Source of the DNA: an uncultured Planctomycetota bacterium
Lineage (GTDB): Bacteria; Planctomycetota; Planctomycetia; Isosphaerales; Isosphaeraceae
DNA: 64,000 nucleotides
Reading direction: 5' to 3'
Assembly: GCA_963823665.1 (NCBI GenBank)
Contig: CAWGMQ010000006.1
Coordinates: 1,440,001 to 1,504,000, forward strand
The position numbers and the translations under genes are program-made. Under the pieces are notes generated by a model. The model saw only the letters and a list, made by a program, of their open reading frames with translations. It was not told the origin of the DNA and ran no database searches. Positions 1 to 11,982 of this stretch are shown here, piece by piece. How positions within the stretch are numbered: position 1 is the stretch's first letter; each line of letters opens with the position of its first letter.

Positions 1-291
1 ACGATCGACGCCGACCGATTGTGGATGAGCCCCTGCTACGAGCGGCCCAGCCTGGCCATCCACTTCACGTGGAAGCCGGAGTGGGCTGCCGTCCGCGCGC
101 TGTTGCCCGTGATCGAGAAGGAGCTGGCACCTTATGCCGTCCGCCCGCACTGGGGGAAGTTGTTCACCGTGGAATCAGCACAATTGCGGTCCCGCTATGA
201 GAAAATGAGCGATTTCAACGACCTGCTCAGGCACCACGACCCACGCGGGAAGTTCCGGAACGGATTCGTGACCGCCATCCTCGACGGCTGA
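1..291 (+). CDS. FAD-linked oxidase, alditol / D-arabinono-1,4-lactone oxidase family, C-terminal part (5' end outside the window)
   Basis: Frame open from base 1; LWMSPCY...SLAIHFTW and RPHWGKLF...DPRGKFRN motifs typical of the ALO/alditol oxidase C-terminus. Confidence 0.85.
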   Translation, partial: TIDADRLWMSPCYERPSLAIHFTWKPEWAAVRALLPVIEKELAPYAVRPHWGKLFTVESAQLRSRYEKMSDFNDLLRHHDPRGKFRNGFVTAILDG

Positions 292-542
292 CCCGGCTCG
301 CTGCGGCGCTGGAAGTTGCAGAACGAGGCGTGGTAGGGCGGAACACGGCTCCAACCGAACCCGCCCGTCCCCGTTTCCATGCCCCCAACTTGAGCAGCCG
401 CCGATCCGAAGTCGCGCGTGACATCCGGGGTGTTTCCGGCCCTATGATCATGGGAAGGTTACGTAATCGTGGCGCGTGCGTGCTCGGACATTTCTCGTCC
501 AGGATTGGTCACGACTGTAATGAGAGCAGGAGATCGCCGACG

Positions 543-3500
543 ATGACCCAGACCGACGGTGTCACCGCGGAGCAGCCCGACCCCGCGACCTCACGAGCGG
601 CGGAAAGCGTTTTGCGATCGGATACCGGCACCCTCCTGGCTGGTATCCTGGACGCCTATCTGGCCGAGCTCCATTCCGGCAAATCGCCGGATCGGGGCGA
701 GCTGCTGGCCGCACATCCCGCGCTGGCCACTCAGCTCGAGGCGTGCCTGGCCGGGATCGAGTTCGTCCATCGAGCGGCCGGACCGGCCGCCCTGGAGCCG
801 GCGACCCTGGGCGAGTTTCAGATCGTCCGCGAGCTCGGACGCGGCGGCATGGGTGTGGTGTACGAGGCCGACCAGACGTCACTGCGGCGCCGGGTTGCAC
901 TCAAAGTGCTTCGGTTCGGGGCGGTCGCCGACCTTGAAGCGATGCGGCGGTTTCGCCGCGAGGCCGAGACAGTCGCGCGACTGCACCATACCAACATCGT
1001 GCCGATCTTCGCCGTCGGCTGCGAGCGAGACGTGCATTACTACGCGATGCAGTTCATCGAGGGCCAGAGCCTTGCCGACGTCCTGGCCGAGTCGCGGCGA
1101 ACGGGGAAACTGCTGTCACCACAGGATGTCGCCGGCTGGGGCCGCCAGGCCGCCGAGGCGCTCGCGCATGCTCACCAGCGCGGCGTGATTCACCGCGATA
1201 TCAAGCCTTCGAACCTGCTGCTCGACCCCGAGGGGATCGTCTGGTTGACCGATTTCGGTCTGGCCAAGCGGGCCGACCTGGCAGCGCTCACCGTCACCGG
1301 CGCCCTGATGGGGACGCCGCGCTACATGAGCCCCGAGCAGGCCGAGTCGCTCAAGCGGCCCGTCGATCATCGCACCGACCTGTATAGCTTGGGCGCGACC
1401 CTCTACGAGCTGGCCACGGGCCAGCCCGTCTTCGAGTCCGCGACACCGCACGGCGTGATCGCGCGGATCCTCACCGAGCAGCCGGCGCGGCCGCGGCAGG
1501 TCCGGCCTGGTCTGCCTCGCGACCTCGAGACCATCATCCTCTCGTGCCTGGCCAAGGAACCTTCGCAACGATACCAGACCGCCTTGGCACTCGCCGACGA
1601 TCTGCGGGCGGTCCTGGACGGCAGGCCGATCCGAGCCCGCCGCACTCCGCTTCATGAGCGCATCACGCGTTACGTCCGCAAGCGGAGCAAGACGATCGGC
1701 GTGGGTGCGATCGTCGTGGCGGCAACCAGCTTGGCGATCGTCGGCTCGTTTCTGGCATGGCGAAGCTACAGTGATTCGCGACTCGGCCGCGTGTTGCTAT
1801 CAACTGACGGTCCGCCGCTGGAGGCCCAGGTTCTCTCCGCGTCAGTCGAGGAACGAGTCGGCGAGCCGTTCTCCGTCGGCACGCACGCCATTGTGTCGTT
1901 GCCGGAGGACAAGTATCGCCTGCGGGTGGGAGGACCGGGGATTCTTAGTCAAACCTACCAGTTCGGCGTCGGCCCCGGTGAGCTGGGCAACTACCACCTC
2001 GCTGCCGATGAAAACCGCCTGCTCGGGCAGGAGCCGATCCCGTACGCGTTCGCTTCGGAGGCACTGCTGCTCTCCCCGGGTAAGGCCGATCTCGTCGAGT
2101 GGACGGGCACGACGCTCATCCGGCGCGACGGTGTGTCCGGCCGGACGCTCTGGGACGCGTCGCGACCGGCGATTCCGTGGGAGGCGAAGCATGACCCGGT
2201 TGCCTGGATGCAACGGCTTTCCTACCTGGGCGACGAGAGACGACCTGGCGTGCTGGTCCAGCCCGCCCCGGACCTTGACGGCGACGGCACGGCCGACATT
2301 GTCTGGGCTTTTCGAGGCACGCCATCGCTCCTGGCACTTTCGGGTAAGGACGGGTCGATGCTCTGGACTTACTCGGCCGAGATCGATGGGCGCGGCGGGC
2401 TGGACATCCATGGCCCCGCGTGGCCGCATTCGATCGAGCAGGTTCCCCGACCGGGAGCGGTTCTCGGCTCACCAGCTTTACGGGACGTCGATGGCGACTT
2501 CGTGCCGGACTTGATTGCCGCGTTCGTCCTCCTCGAAGACGTACCGCCCTCGCTTCGTCCCCGCGGATCGACCGACCAGCCAGCGGTAGTGGTATGGGAG
2601 ACAGTCAAACACCGTGGCCGACGCGTGGTCTTGGCCGTCTCGGGACGCTCAGGCCGAGCTCTTTGGGTGCATCCGATCGATCAGCTGGCGCCGGAGCCCT
2701 CGGACTGCGGTGTCATGCTGATGGACGGTCGGAACGGTTTGACGGCGGCGTTCGTCGACGGGGCCCGGGGGACCTGGATCGGTTTCAACCCCGCGAACGG
2801 GCAATCGCGGGGCCAGCCGATCGACTTCGGGTTCGCACCCGTGCGCCCTGTCCAGCATGCGGACCTCGATGGTGACGGCGAACCCGAAATTTTGGCGCTC
2901 GGGCCGAGCCCCTCGCCGAATCAACAGACGCTGGCGGCGTTTTCCTGTGGGACAGGCCGTCGGCTGTGGACCCAGACCGTCCGCGCGCGGTTTAAGTCGG
3001 CCGCGATCAACCCCCCGCCGAACTGGCCGGCGATCGTCGATGTCGACGGCGATGGCCGATCCGAGATCTTGGTCGCCGACTCTGGTGCGCTGAGAAGCGG
3101 CGATGAGTACCGGGGTGCTCGGCTGCTCAACGGCGCCTCGGGCGCGGACCGCTGGGCTCGGCCGTTGCATCCCAAGCATCCGTTGTTCGCGCCCCTGGCG
3201 GCGGAAGATGATGGACTCGCCCAGGTCTTGGAGACAGCGGATCTCGACGGCGACGGCACGCGCGACCTGGTTGCCGTGTCGCGGTTCGACGGACGGCAAC
3301 ACCTCGAAGCGCTCTCCGTCTACGTCGATATGCTCTCCGGCAAGGACGGGCATTCGCTCTGGTGGTGGCACTCGGACTTCAAGCTGGGTCACTGGCGACC
3401 GTCCGTCATGGTCTGGACGCCATTCTTGTGGGGACGCGGGGCCGACGGCTGGCCGATGCTCGCGGTCCCGCTGGGCGGCACCGCCGCGACGTGGACCGGC

Positions 3501-5832
3501 CAGACGAATCCCTATCACCATCGCGAGCCCCCGCGGGTCCACCTCCTTTCCCTTACCACTGGACGTGAACTGCACTCGATCGACGGGCTATCGTGGCCCC
3601 GGCCGGCCGACCTTGACGGAGATGGCCTCGCGGACCTTTGGGGCTCCGTGAGCGGTAATCTGCGAGCTTATCGTGGCCAGGCGCCTGAAGCGTGGCGAGC
3701 GCTCGGGCGTTATCACAAAGCGGGAGATCTCGACGGGGACGGAATCTCGGACGTCGTCAGTGACGACCTGCGGGTGCGGCCCGATATCGATGAAAGCTCC
3801 AGAGAAACCCTGGCGGCGGTCGCTCACTCGGGGCGCGATGGAAAGCTCCTCTGGCGGAGGAGACTCGAATACCAGGGCCCGTGGATTGAGGTAGATGCCA
3901 CGGGCGAGCCCGGCTATACGCTGTCGTCCCTGGCTCTTCCCGGAGGCGATCTCGATGGAGACGGTGCCCCGGAGATCAGTGTCGTCAGAAGCGAGTCCTA
4001 TTTCGGTTCCTCGCGCGGCGCCGCGACTTTGCCCCTGGAAGTCTTGAGCGGAAGATCGGGGCGGCCGCTCTGGTCGGCTGGCGCCCTTCCGCTGAGCTTC
4101 GACGTGACAAGAAGCTTCTCCGAGATCGCAAGTATTGATGTTATCGCCTGCGAGCCGCACGGACCGATGGACTTCATCGTGCGGCACCACGGACAGTTTG
4201 TGCCGCCGGGCGGGTTAACCGGCGGAAACGTTTTTCCACAAGATCGCCTGGCCCGACTATCGGGGCGCGACGGGCACGTGATCTGGGATAGAGCGCTCGC
4301 CGATCTTCTGGGTGTGGGCCGAGGAAAACCGCCCGATTCAGCTCACGCGTTCGTCGATTGCGATGGTGATGGCTATGTTGATATCTTCGTACTTCTCCCG
4401 CCACAGCTCATCGACCCGACTGCGTGCCAGTGGCGTGCGGTTTCGCTCCGCGACGGCAAGACGCTCTGGTCACACGCCACCTCGTACCGCGCCGATCGGT
4501 TGCCCATATTCGAGGCGGGCGACCTTGATGGCGACGGCCGGCTTGAATTCGTGCGGAACGAAATCTTCGGAATCCCGGATAAATTGGTGGTGACAGCGCT
4601 CGATAGTCGTGACGGCTCGACCCGATGGTCTTGGTACGCTCCGGGCTTTTCGGGAGTGGACAACCAAAATCAGCGCAACGTGTGCCTGGCCGATTTCGAG
4701 GGGAAGGGAGCAAGCGACGTGTGCGTCGCGTTTCCGGTTTCCGGCACGCAGCAGCGGGTCGTGATCCTCGACGCCACGGGCCACGAGCGAGCCAGCCGCG
4801 AAGTGAAAGCCTCTTCGCCAGGCACTTTAATACGTGCGGACCTGGATGGCGACGGTGCCGACGAGCTGCTGTTCCGGGACGGCGACCGGCTTTGCGCCGT
4901 CGGGCGCGACCTCGAGAATAGGTGGTTCCGGCCAACCCGCGAGGCGGTGCGTGAAGTCATCCCCTCAGCAAAGGGTCAACCGGCGGTTGTCGTGCTCGAC
5001 TCGATGATCGGTTCTCGACGGCGCGACCGGGCGTCCGCGGTGGGACGGGCGCGGCTCGGCCACGGTGCTTGACGCGGGAGACTCCGCGCGACCGCCGCGA
5101 GTAATCTCCGCAGCCGGCGACACCACGGTCTGCCGGCTGGCCCTGGCCACCACGCCCGAGGGGGCTGTCCAGCCGGCTCGCGGGGCGCCTATCGCACACT
5201 TGCCCACCTCAGACGACCCGCGCTGGATGCGTCCTTTGCCGTGGCACCGGCCGAACGCCGCCGCCGACCTGGCGCGGGCATTTTTCGATTTTGGCGGTCT
5301 CGCGTTAATCAACATCATCATTCCATTGACGGTTCTGAAACTGGCGACTCGTCGGCGCGTCCGGGGTGTGTCGCTGTTGCTGGCGCTACCGGTCGTTGTC
5401 GCGGTCCCGCTGGCCGGCTGGATCGCGATATATCGGTCCGTACCCGTCGTTGAGTTGATTTTGGGCGGCCTGGTCGGACTTGCCATCCTCGAATATCCGG
5501 TTGCCGTCGGCCTGGGCATCCGCAACGGGCGCTGGCGGCGGCTCGCACTGCGAGTCTGCCTGACCGCGGTCGTCACGGTCGCGATCGCGACTTGGTTGTT
5601 GTGGTCCGATATGCGAGGGATGGCGGCGATCGAGCGTTACACCTGGTCAGGATGGTATCTCGTCGTCATACCGGGGGTCCTCGTCATCGGGGCACTCGCG
5701 TGTATGATCCGGATCTTGCGAACCGTGTTCCGATTCATCCGGCGGCCGCGGTGGCGGGCTGCCACCAATTCGCCCTCCCCGGGAAAGCCGAATGTGCCGG
5801 CTGCCCCCCCGTCGCCGGCAAAGCGCAGGTAG
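543..5832 (+). CDS. Membrane Ser/Thr protein kinase with extracytoplasmic FG-GAP/PQQ-like beta-propeller and C-terminal multi-TM region (one frameshift near 5012)
   Basis: ATG 543 after AGGAG; LGRGGMG, VALK, HRDIKPSN, DFG, YMSPEQ; TM IGVGAIVVAATSLAIVGSFLAW; about 12 DxDGDG motifs; removing one T near 5012 gives GLDGATGRPRW and joins ORF 5065-5832, which has 4-5 hydrophobic helices. Confidence 0.88.
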
Positions 5833-5929
5833 CTAGAACGCGGCGTCAAGATTGTTCCGGTTTCGCATCCGAGCACGGCGAATTCCGATGGGGCGCTACC
5901 GAGGACGAGGCGGTTCAAGTTCCTGGAAC

Positions 5930-5989
5930 TGCAAGTCCTCCTGCACATCCCCCTTGACATTTGCCTTCCATGTGCAGTACGATTTGCAC
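5930..5989 (+). promoter_or_regulatory. sigma70-type promoter of the blaI-M56 operon with two TGCA-N8-TGCA operator-like palindromes
   Basis: TTGACA 5954-5959, 18-nt spacer, TACGAT 5978-5983; TGCA-N8-TGCA at 5930-5945 and GTGCA-N8-TGCAC at 5972-5989. Confidence 0.7.
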
Positions 5990-6012
5990 GTTGACCGTGG
6001 GAGGAGCTTCTG

Positions 6013-6402
6013 ATGCCGCCGTTTACGCCTGGGGAACTGAAGGTGATGCGCCTGCTCTGGGAGCATGGCGAGATGAAGCCCGCGGATCTCCAACGACGGT
6101 TCCCCGAGCCGATCAAGAATCCGGCCCTCCGTTTCTACCTGACGACGCTGGTCGAAAAGGGTCACGTGACGCGCCGGAAGGTCGGAAAGGCGTACTTTTA
6201 CAAGCCGGCGACGCGACCGCGCTCGGCGTTCCGTTCGATGCTCGGGGAATTCGTCGACGCCCACTGCGGCGGCTCGATCCAGACCCTGGTGCTGAACATC
6301 ATCAAGTCAGAGAAGCTCAGTGAGAGCGACCTCTTGAAGTTGAAGCAACTCGCCGACGAAAGCCCGGACTTGAACCCACAAAGTAGCAGGAGCCGGTCAT
6401 GA
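6013..6402 (+). CDS. blaI: BlaI/MecI/CopY family transcriptional repressor
   Basis: FTPGELKVMRLLW...LTTLVEKGHVTRRKVGKAYFYKP winged-helix signature; GGAGGAG RBS; overlaps the M56 gene (ATGA). Confidence 0.92.
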   Translation: MPPFTPGELKVMRLLWEHGEMKPADLQRRFPEPIKNPALRFYLTTLVEKGHVTRRKVGKAYFYKPATRPRSAFRSMLGEFVDAHCGGSIQTLVLNIIKSEKLSESDLLKLKQLADESPDLNPQSSRSRS

Positions 6403-9400
6403 ACACATCTTCGGTCGTATCGTGGTTCGCGGAGCTCCCGTGGGTCTACGGCCTGGCCGGCCGCTGGACGGCCTTGCTCATCCTGGCGTGGGTGGCGCAC
6501 CTGGTCCTCGCGAAACGAGACCCGCGCTGGCGGGTGCTCGTCTGGCGGTCGGCCGCGGTGGGTCTCGCGACCATCGTCATCCTCACCGCTGCGCCGCCCT
6601 TCGTCACCTGGCGCTTGCCCCCCGCCGAGTCGATCGCCGCCCAAACGCGTTCCGCGGAAAGCGTCGCCCCGCCGGCGAATCCGGTTCCGGTTCTCTCGGA
6701 GAAGCCCGCGCAGGTCGCTCGCCTTCAAGCCTCCATTCCTGCACGCCCGCGACGTCCGGAGAGTGCGAAACGATCGAGCGGAGGCCCGGCAGTCGCTCGT
6801 TGGAAAGCCGTCATGTCCTGGTCAAACTTGGGCGCCGGTTTGCTGGCGATCTGGCTGCTCGGAGTTGCCGTGATGACGCTACGGCTGGGGCTGTGCGTCT
6901 GGCGCGTCTCGAGGATCGTCGGGCGGTCCACGGCGGTCCCAGCCCCGGTCGTCGCGGAGTGCCGCGCGGTCGCCGACGCACTCGGCTGCCGTCAAGACGT
7001 TCGTGTCGTCCAGACGGCGGAAGTCCCCGCACCCTGCCTGACCGGCCTGTTTCGACCGTGGCTTCTGTTGCCGGAAGCGAACTGCGAGGAGACCCACCGC
7101 GCGGATCTCCGGGCCATCCTCGCCCATGAGTTCGCCCACGCGCGCCGGCACGACCTGGTCTGGAACATGGTCCTGCATTTCTGGTCGATCGTTCTTTGGT
7201 TTCATCCCTTGGTCTGGCGGATCCGCGCCGCGCACCTGGCGGCGTGCGACGTCGTCTGTGACGCCCTGGCGGCCGATCTGGTGGGCGACGTCGCTTCGTA
7301 CGGCCGTACGCTTGCTAGACTGGCGCTCCAGGTCTCCGGGCCCGCGCCCGTCCCCGGCCTCGCCATGGCCGGCACCCCCGACGTCTTCCTGCGGATCGAG
7401 GCGCTCGAGCGCAGGGTTTTCCGCGGTGCCCTTACCTGGAGGATGATCGCACCTGCTCTGCTCGCATTGAGTGTGATCGTCATTCTCATCGGCGGCTTGG
7501 GAATCAAAGGCGCCGAACAAAGCCCAGCGCAGAAGGATCAGCCCCCGGCGCGAAAGGCGACCGAAGCGGAGCTATTCGTTGCGAACGCCGCTCCCGAAAA
7601 CAGTCGGGCGCAGCCCGCTTCGAGTCATCGTCTTTCCCTCCGCGTCCTCCGCGCAAAGCCCGGTGAGCCGCTCGATGGGGTCTCGGTGAGTAGCGAGATT
7701 CGAGGTGAGGGCGAACCTCGTAAGGAAACGGTCACGACCGGCAAGGAGGGCACGGCGTCGATCGAATGGCCCCCGGGGATCGCCATTCACTTTCTGGGTC
7801 TGAACTTGAAGAAACCCGGGTACGTAGGCCTGTTCCTTTCTTGGGACGACCGCGATCATGCCATCTCGTTGCCGGAGTCGCAGGAAGCGCGGCTCGAGCC
7901 GGGCGTGCCAATCCGTGGCGTGGTGCAAGACGAGGCCGGGAAGCCCATTGCGCAGGCCAGTGTGACCCCAATGGCCTGGCCGACGGCAGGCGGAAAAACC
8001 CGCTTCGTTTATGAGCTGGGAACCGCCAAGACCGATGAGCAGGGGCGCTGGCGCATCGACGATGCGCCGGCAAACGTCTCGGGCGTGAGCCTGCGCGTCC
8101 GCCATCCGGACTACCGACCGCGTCCAGGCCAATCGGACGGCGGGCGAGAGTGGCGGACGATCCTCGCAAAAGGTGCCACAGTGAAGGGCCGCGTGGTCGA
8201 CGGATCAGGGAAGCCCGTTAAGGGGGCAAAAGTCGAGACCGGAGGCTCTGAATATCGGGACGAGAGGACGCCCGTGGCGACCAACGAGCTCGGGGAGTAC
8301 ACCCTCCGATGTTGTGAGCCGGGTTCGGCGATCGTCACGGCGCAGGCTGAGGGTTTCGGCCCCGAGTTTCGGGAGGTAAACGTCCCGAATGTAGGAGAGG
8401 TGGAGGCGCCTGTTATCCGACTTGGAAAGGCGAGCACACTCCGCGTCAGGGTCGTAGACCGGGCCGGCAAGCCCGTCGCCGGCGCCTACTTTGCAGATCG
8501 GTAAGTGGCGCGGGCACGACTCGTTGCTCCGGGTCGGGGCTCAAACCGAGGTTGCATGGCGCTCCACCTGGAACGCTCAAACCGATGCCGCAGGGCGATT
8601 CACATGGACAAGTGCCCCGAGCGACGCCATGCTTTTCCATATCTTTAGAGATGGGTATCTGCGTATGGAACCCGTATCCCTGACCGCCTCGGATCAAGAG
8701 CACGTCGTGACGCTGAACCCGGCGCTGGTGATCTCGGGGAGTGTGACCGACGCGGTGACCGGCAAGCCGGTGCCCCGTTTCCGCGTGATCCAAGGCCTCG
8801 AGCTCGAAGGCAGCCAGGGCATCACGTGGTGGCGCATGGGCGCGGTGGAATACACCGGCGGTCGTTACTCGATGAAGTTCGATATGCCGACGAAGGAGTC
8901 GTCCGTGCGCGTCGAGGCGCCCGGCTACGAGCCGGCCGAATCGCGCGGCTTCCGCTCGGACGAAGGCGCGATGATCCAGGACTTTCGCTTGAAGCCCTCC
9001 GCGGGGATCTCCGGAGTCGTGCTCCTGCCCGACGGCAGACCCGCCGCGGGGGTCCAGGTTGTTCTGGGCACGCAGGAGAACTACGCGTTCGTGCGTGACG
9101 GCGTTGTCCAGCACAACTCGAATGCCGAGACGACCACCACCGGACCGGACGGCCGGTTCACGCTCCCGAAACATGAGGGGACGTTCTTGCTCGTCGTCGC
9201 GGCAGATGCGGGGTTCGCCGACGCGACATCTGATGAGTTCGCCAAGACCGGAAAGCTCCTCTTGCAGCCCTGGGGACGAATCGAAGGCGGGTGAGGATCG
9301 GCCGCAAGCCGGCTGCCTACCAGTCAGTCGTCTATTTGCCGGAGTTGCCCTCGAATCGCGGTGATGCTCTTCAGAATGCGGAGTTACGACTATCACTTCA

Positions 9401-10354
9401 CGGCCGATTCGCAGGGGCGGTTCGCGATCGACAGGGTGATTCCCGGCCGCGGTCACATCGCCCGCGTTCTGAACACGACCTATCGAACCGAGTGGTGCGA
9501 GCAGGAGTCAGTCGAGGTGAAGCCAGGCCAGACGACCCAGGTTCGACTCGGCGGCAAGGGTCGACCAGTGATCGGCCGGGTGGTGCTCGACGGCACTCCT
9601 CCCGAGCCCGTCGACTGGCGGAGCAACGACGCAGCCGTTCTCGAACTGCCCAGAGCCGAGCGCCGTAAAGCCACGACGCCCTGGCAGACGTTCGCGTCGG
9701 GGTTCGACAAAGACGGCAGGTTCCGCATCGAGGACGTGGCACCGGGTACTTATGAGTTAAGAATTTCAGTGAGTTTGCCTTCCGACAAAAGAACCTGGGG
9801 CCAACCACGCGCCACGATGGGTGACGCGACCCTCCCCGTGACCGTGCCTGAAGGACCGGAGGACCAACCGGTCGAGGTCGGGGACGTGAAGGTCAGGCTT
9901 TATGTGCGCGTCGGCGATCTCGCCCCTGACTTCACGGCGCCACGGCTCGACGGCGGCCAGTTCAAGCTGAGCGAGCAGCGCGGCAAGCTCGTCTTGCTCG
10001 ACTTCTGGGCGACGTGGTGCCAGCCTTGCCTCGCCGAGATGCCGGCGATGAAGGACATCCAGCAAACCTTCGGCGCCGACCCGCGGTTCGTTGCTGGTCG
10101 GCCTCTCGTGCGACGATGGCATCGAGCGCCCCGCTCAGTACGTCAAAGCGAACGGCCTGAATTGGACACACGCCTTCGCGGGGGCCATGCTCAAAGGCGA
10201 GGTCGCCGAAACGTACTTGATCCGGGCAATCCCAGCGACGTTCCTGATCGGTCCCAATGGCCGGGTCCTCGCCATGAACCTCCGGGGCGCCCCGTTGAAA
10301 GAAGCCGTGCGCAAAGCCCTGGCTGACGAGAAGCTGTTCTCAGGGGCGAAGTAG
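6399..10354 (+). CDS. BlaR1-like M56 metallopeptidase fused to carboxypeptidase-regulatory-like repeats and a C-terminal TlpA-like thioredoxin (4 frameshifts near 8494, 9289, 9365, 10090)
   Basis: N-terminal TMs, HEFAH zinc motif, LWFHPLVW, DxxCD; repeated G-x-V-x-D-x-x-GKP / TDxxGRF modules; LLDFWATWCQPC and IPATFLIGPNG thioredoxin motifs spread over consecutive overlapping ORFs. Confidence 0.88.
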
Positions 10355-10439
10355 GCGACTCGTTGAAAGCAAGGGCGACGGCCGTGGTCGCGATCAAGAT
10401 CATCCCGTCCGCGATGTTGAACCGTCGGTGTGGTTTCAT
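10350..10439 (-). pseudogene. Truncated N-terminal remnant of a small planctomycete membrane protein
   Basis: MKPHRRFNIADGMILIATTAVALAF resembles a common planctomycete N-terminus (RRFxIxDxMILIA) but runs straight into the convergent TlpA gene end. Confidence 0.4.
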
Positions 10440-10786
10440 CGTTCTGGTTCGCGGGATAAAACCTGACAGGGGCTCACCAATCGGGCATACATGCCACGGG
10501 TCAGGATCATACGATTTCGCGAAGACGATCACCCTGACTGGCTTCGGCGGATACAGCTCCGCCGGCTTGTTCGGCGCGGGTACGGGTCTCGCCATTCAAC
10601 CGGCCACGTTAACGTTGACCTGATCACAGCGATGATCTGACCGTCCGTTTGGTCGAGCTGAGCTCGCAACCTCCTGGCTTTGTTTGCCCGTATCCCGAGC
10701 ATGCGCCGGTGTCGTCGGACCGACGCGTACAAGCGTTGATTCGACTGTCCCCAGTCCGCACATTCCGCGCACTCATCCTTCGGCGA

Positions 10787-11850
10787 TCAGCTCACGTCCT
10801 GTAATTCGCCTGTCTCTGCACTGTCGTATCCCGGCAAATCGCCGAGCGCCTTGCGATAGGCCGGTGAGCGCACGGCAGTCCGCAGTGCCTGAATCCTGGG
10901 GTCCTGTGCCCACTGCGCAGAAAAGCAGAGGTCATAGGCCTCCTCGCGGACCCCGAGGAAGTCAAGCCCGGCCTCGTCGCTGACCAGGCGGAGGCACACC
11001 CCCGCGTCGGCGCAGCCGCTCCGGATCGCCTCGACGACGCCTCGGTGGTCCCAGGCCGTGAACCGGGCGCCACCGCGCGGCCCTTCAGCACCTCATCGAG
11101 GCACTGCCGTGCACCGGACCCTTCCTCGCGCCCGATCCAGCGGAGGTCGGAACGCGCCGCGGTGCGCACGGACGAGAATCGGTGCCCCGCTGCAACGGCG
11201 ATCCCCTCCTCCCAGCGAGCGACGCGGAGCAGCTCGTAGCCGGTGCCGATCTCGCGCCGGACGACCCTCGCGTTCCCGTCCGGCTTGCCGGCCGTGGTCA
11301 GATGCACTCCGGCCGCGTGGACCAGGCCCCGGCCGAGCAGCGTCAGGGCCGTCCGGCTGGGGTAGTGCAAGGCGATCAGCCGCACTAGGGCGGTGCGCGC
11401 CAGCTCCTCAGCCAGCAGGCCCACGGCCGGATCGCAGCAGGCCATCACCAGGGTTCGACGCGGGTCGAAGCGCCCTCGTCCCTGAAAGAACCCGTCCCGA
11501 TAGATACCGTCGTGCGGGACCACCCCCATGGGCGTTGCCGTGACAGGGTATCGCCGCTCGACACCGCCCACGTCCGCCACCCAGTATCGGCACGGCTCCC
11601 GCCCGGGCGGCCACGCCCACTGCGGTTCCCGCGGTTCGGGACGGCGGAGCTGGAACAGGTCTTCGACCCGGCACCCGAGCGCGGCTGCAAGGGCCAGCGC
11701 CGCCGCCGCAGACGGAATCAATCGACCCATCTCGATGGCGCTGATGCCCGCGCGCGAGAGGCCCGAGCGCTGACCCAGTTCCGCCTGCGACCAGCCACGG
11801 TCGGTGCGCCGGGACCGCAGAAGGTTTTCGAACGGGGGCAGGTTTGCCAT
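10787..11850 (-). CDS. XRE-type HTH regulator with PBP-like (molybdate-binding-type) substrate-binding domain (frameshift near 11060)
   Basis: WSQAELGQRSGLSRAGISAIE HTH; CDPAVGLLA, HAAGVHL, REEGSGARQCLD; C-terminus REEAYDL...LPGYDSAETGE in ORF 10787-10999. Confidence 0.85.
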
Positions 11851-11859
11851 GATCATGTC

Positions 11860-11888
11860 ATCTTACGCCATACTTGTCACGTCATCAA
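11860..11888 (-). promoter_or_regulatory. sigma70-type promoter of the XRE-PBP gene (near-leaderless mRNA)
   Basis: Minus strand TTGATG-N17-TAAGAT ending 9 nt before ATG 11850; no Shine-Dalgarno. Confidence 0.5.
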
Positions 11889-11982
11889 GCCGCCACTATA
11901 GTATCTGGTCCGACACGATCCTGGCGCAACGGCCCGAACGGTACGTCGGGAGTAAGTTTCCTACTGGCTCAAAGGCACATCC

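Noticed and set aside
330..542. 71-aa N-terminal extension of the first kinase in the ORF track
   Set aside because: ATG 543 has an AGGAG RBS and the upstream peptide looks non-coding
6399..10354. Programmed frameshifting or phase variation in the M56 gene
   Set aside because: No consistent slippery heptamer or long SSR at the four breaks; the same indel pattern affects ordinary genes across the window
10600..10790. GGGCAAAC on the minus strand resembling a c-di-GMP-I riboswitch start
   Set aside because: The GNRA-capped stem and properly spaced GCAAAG/P3 elements are missing
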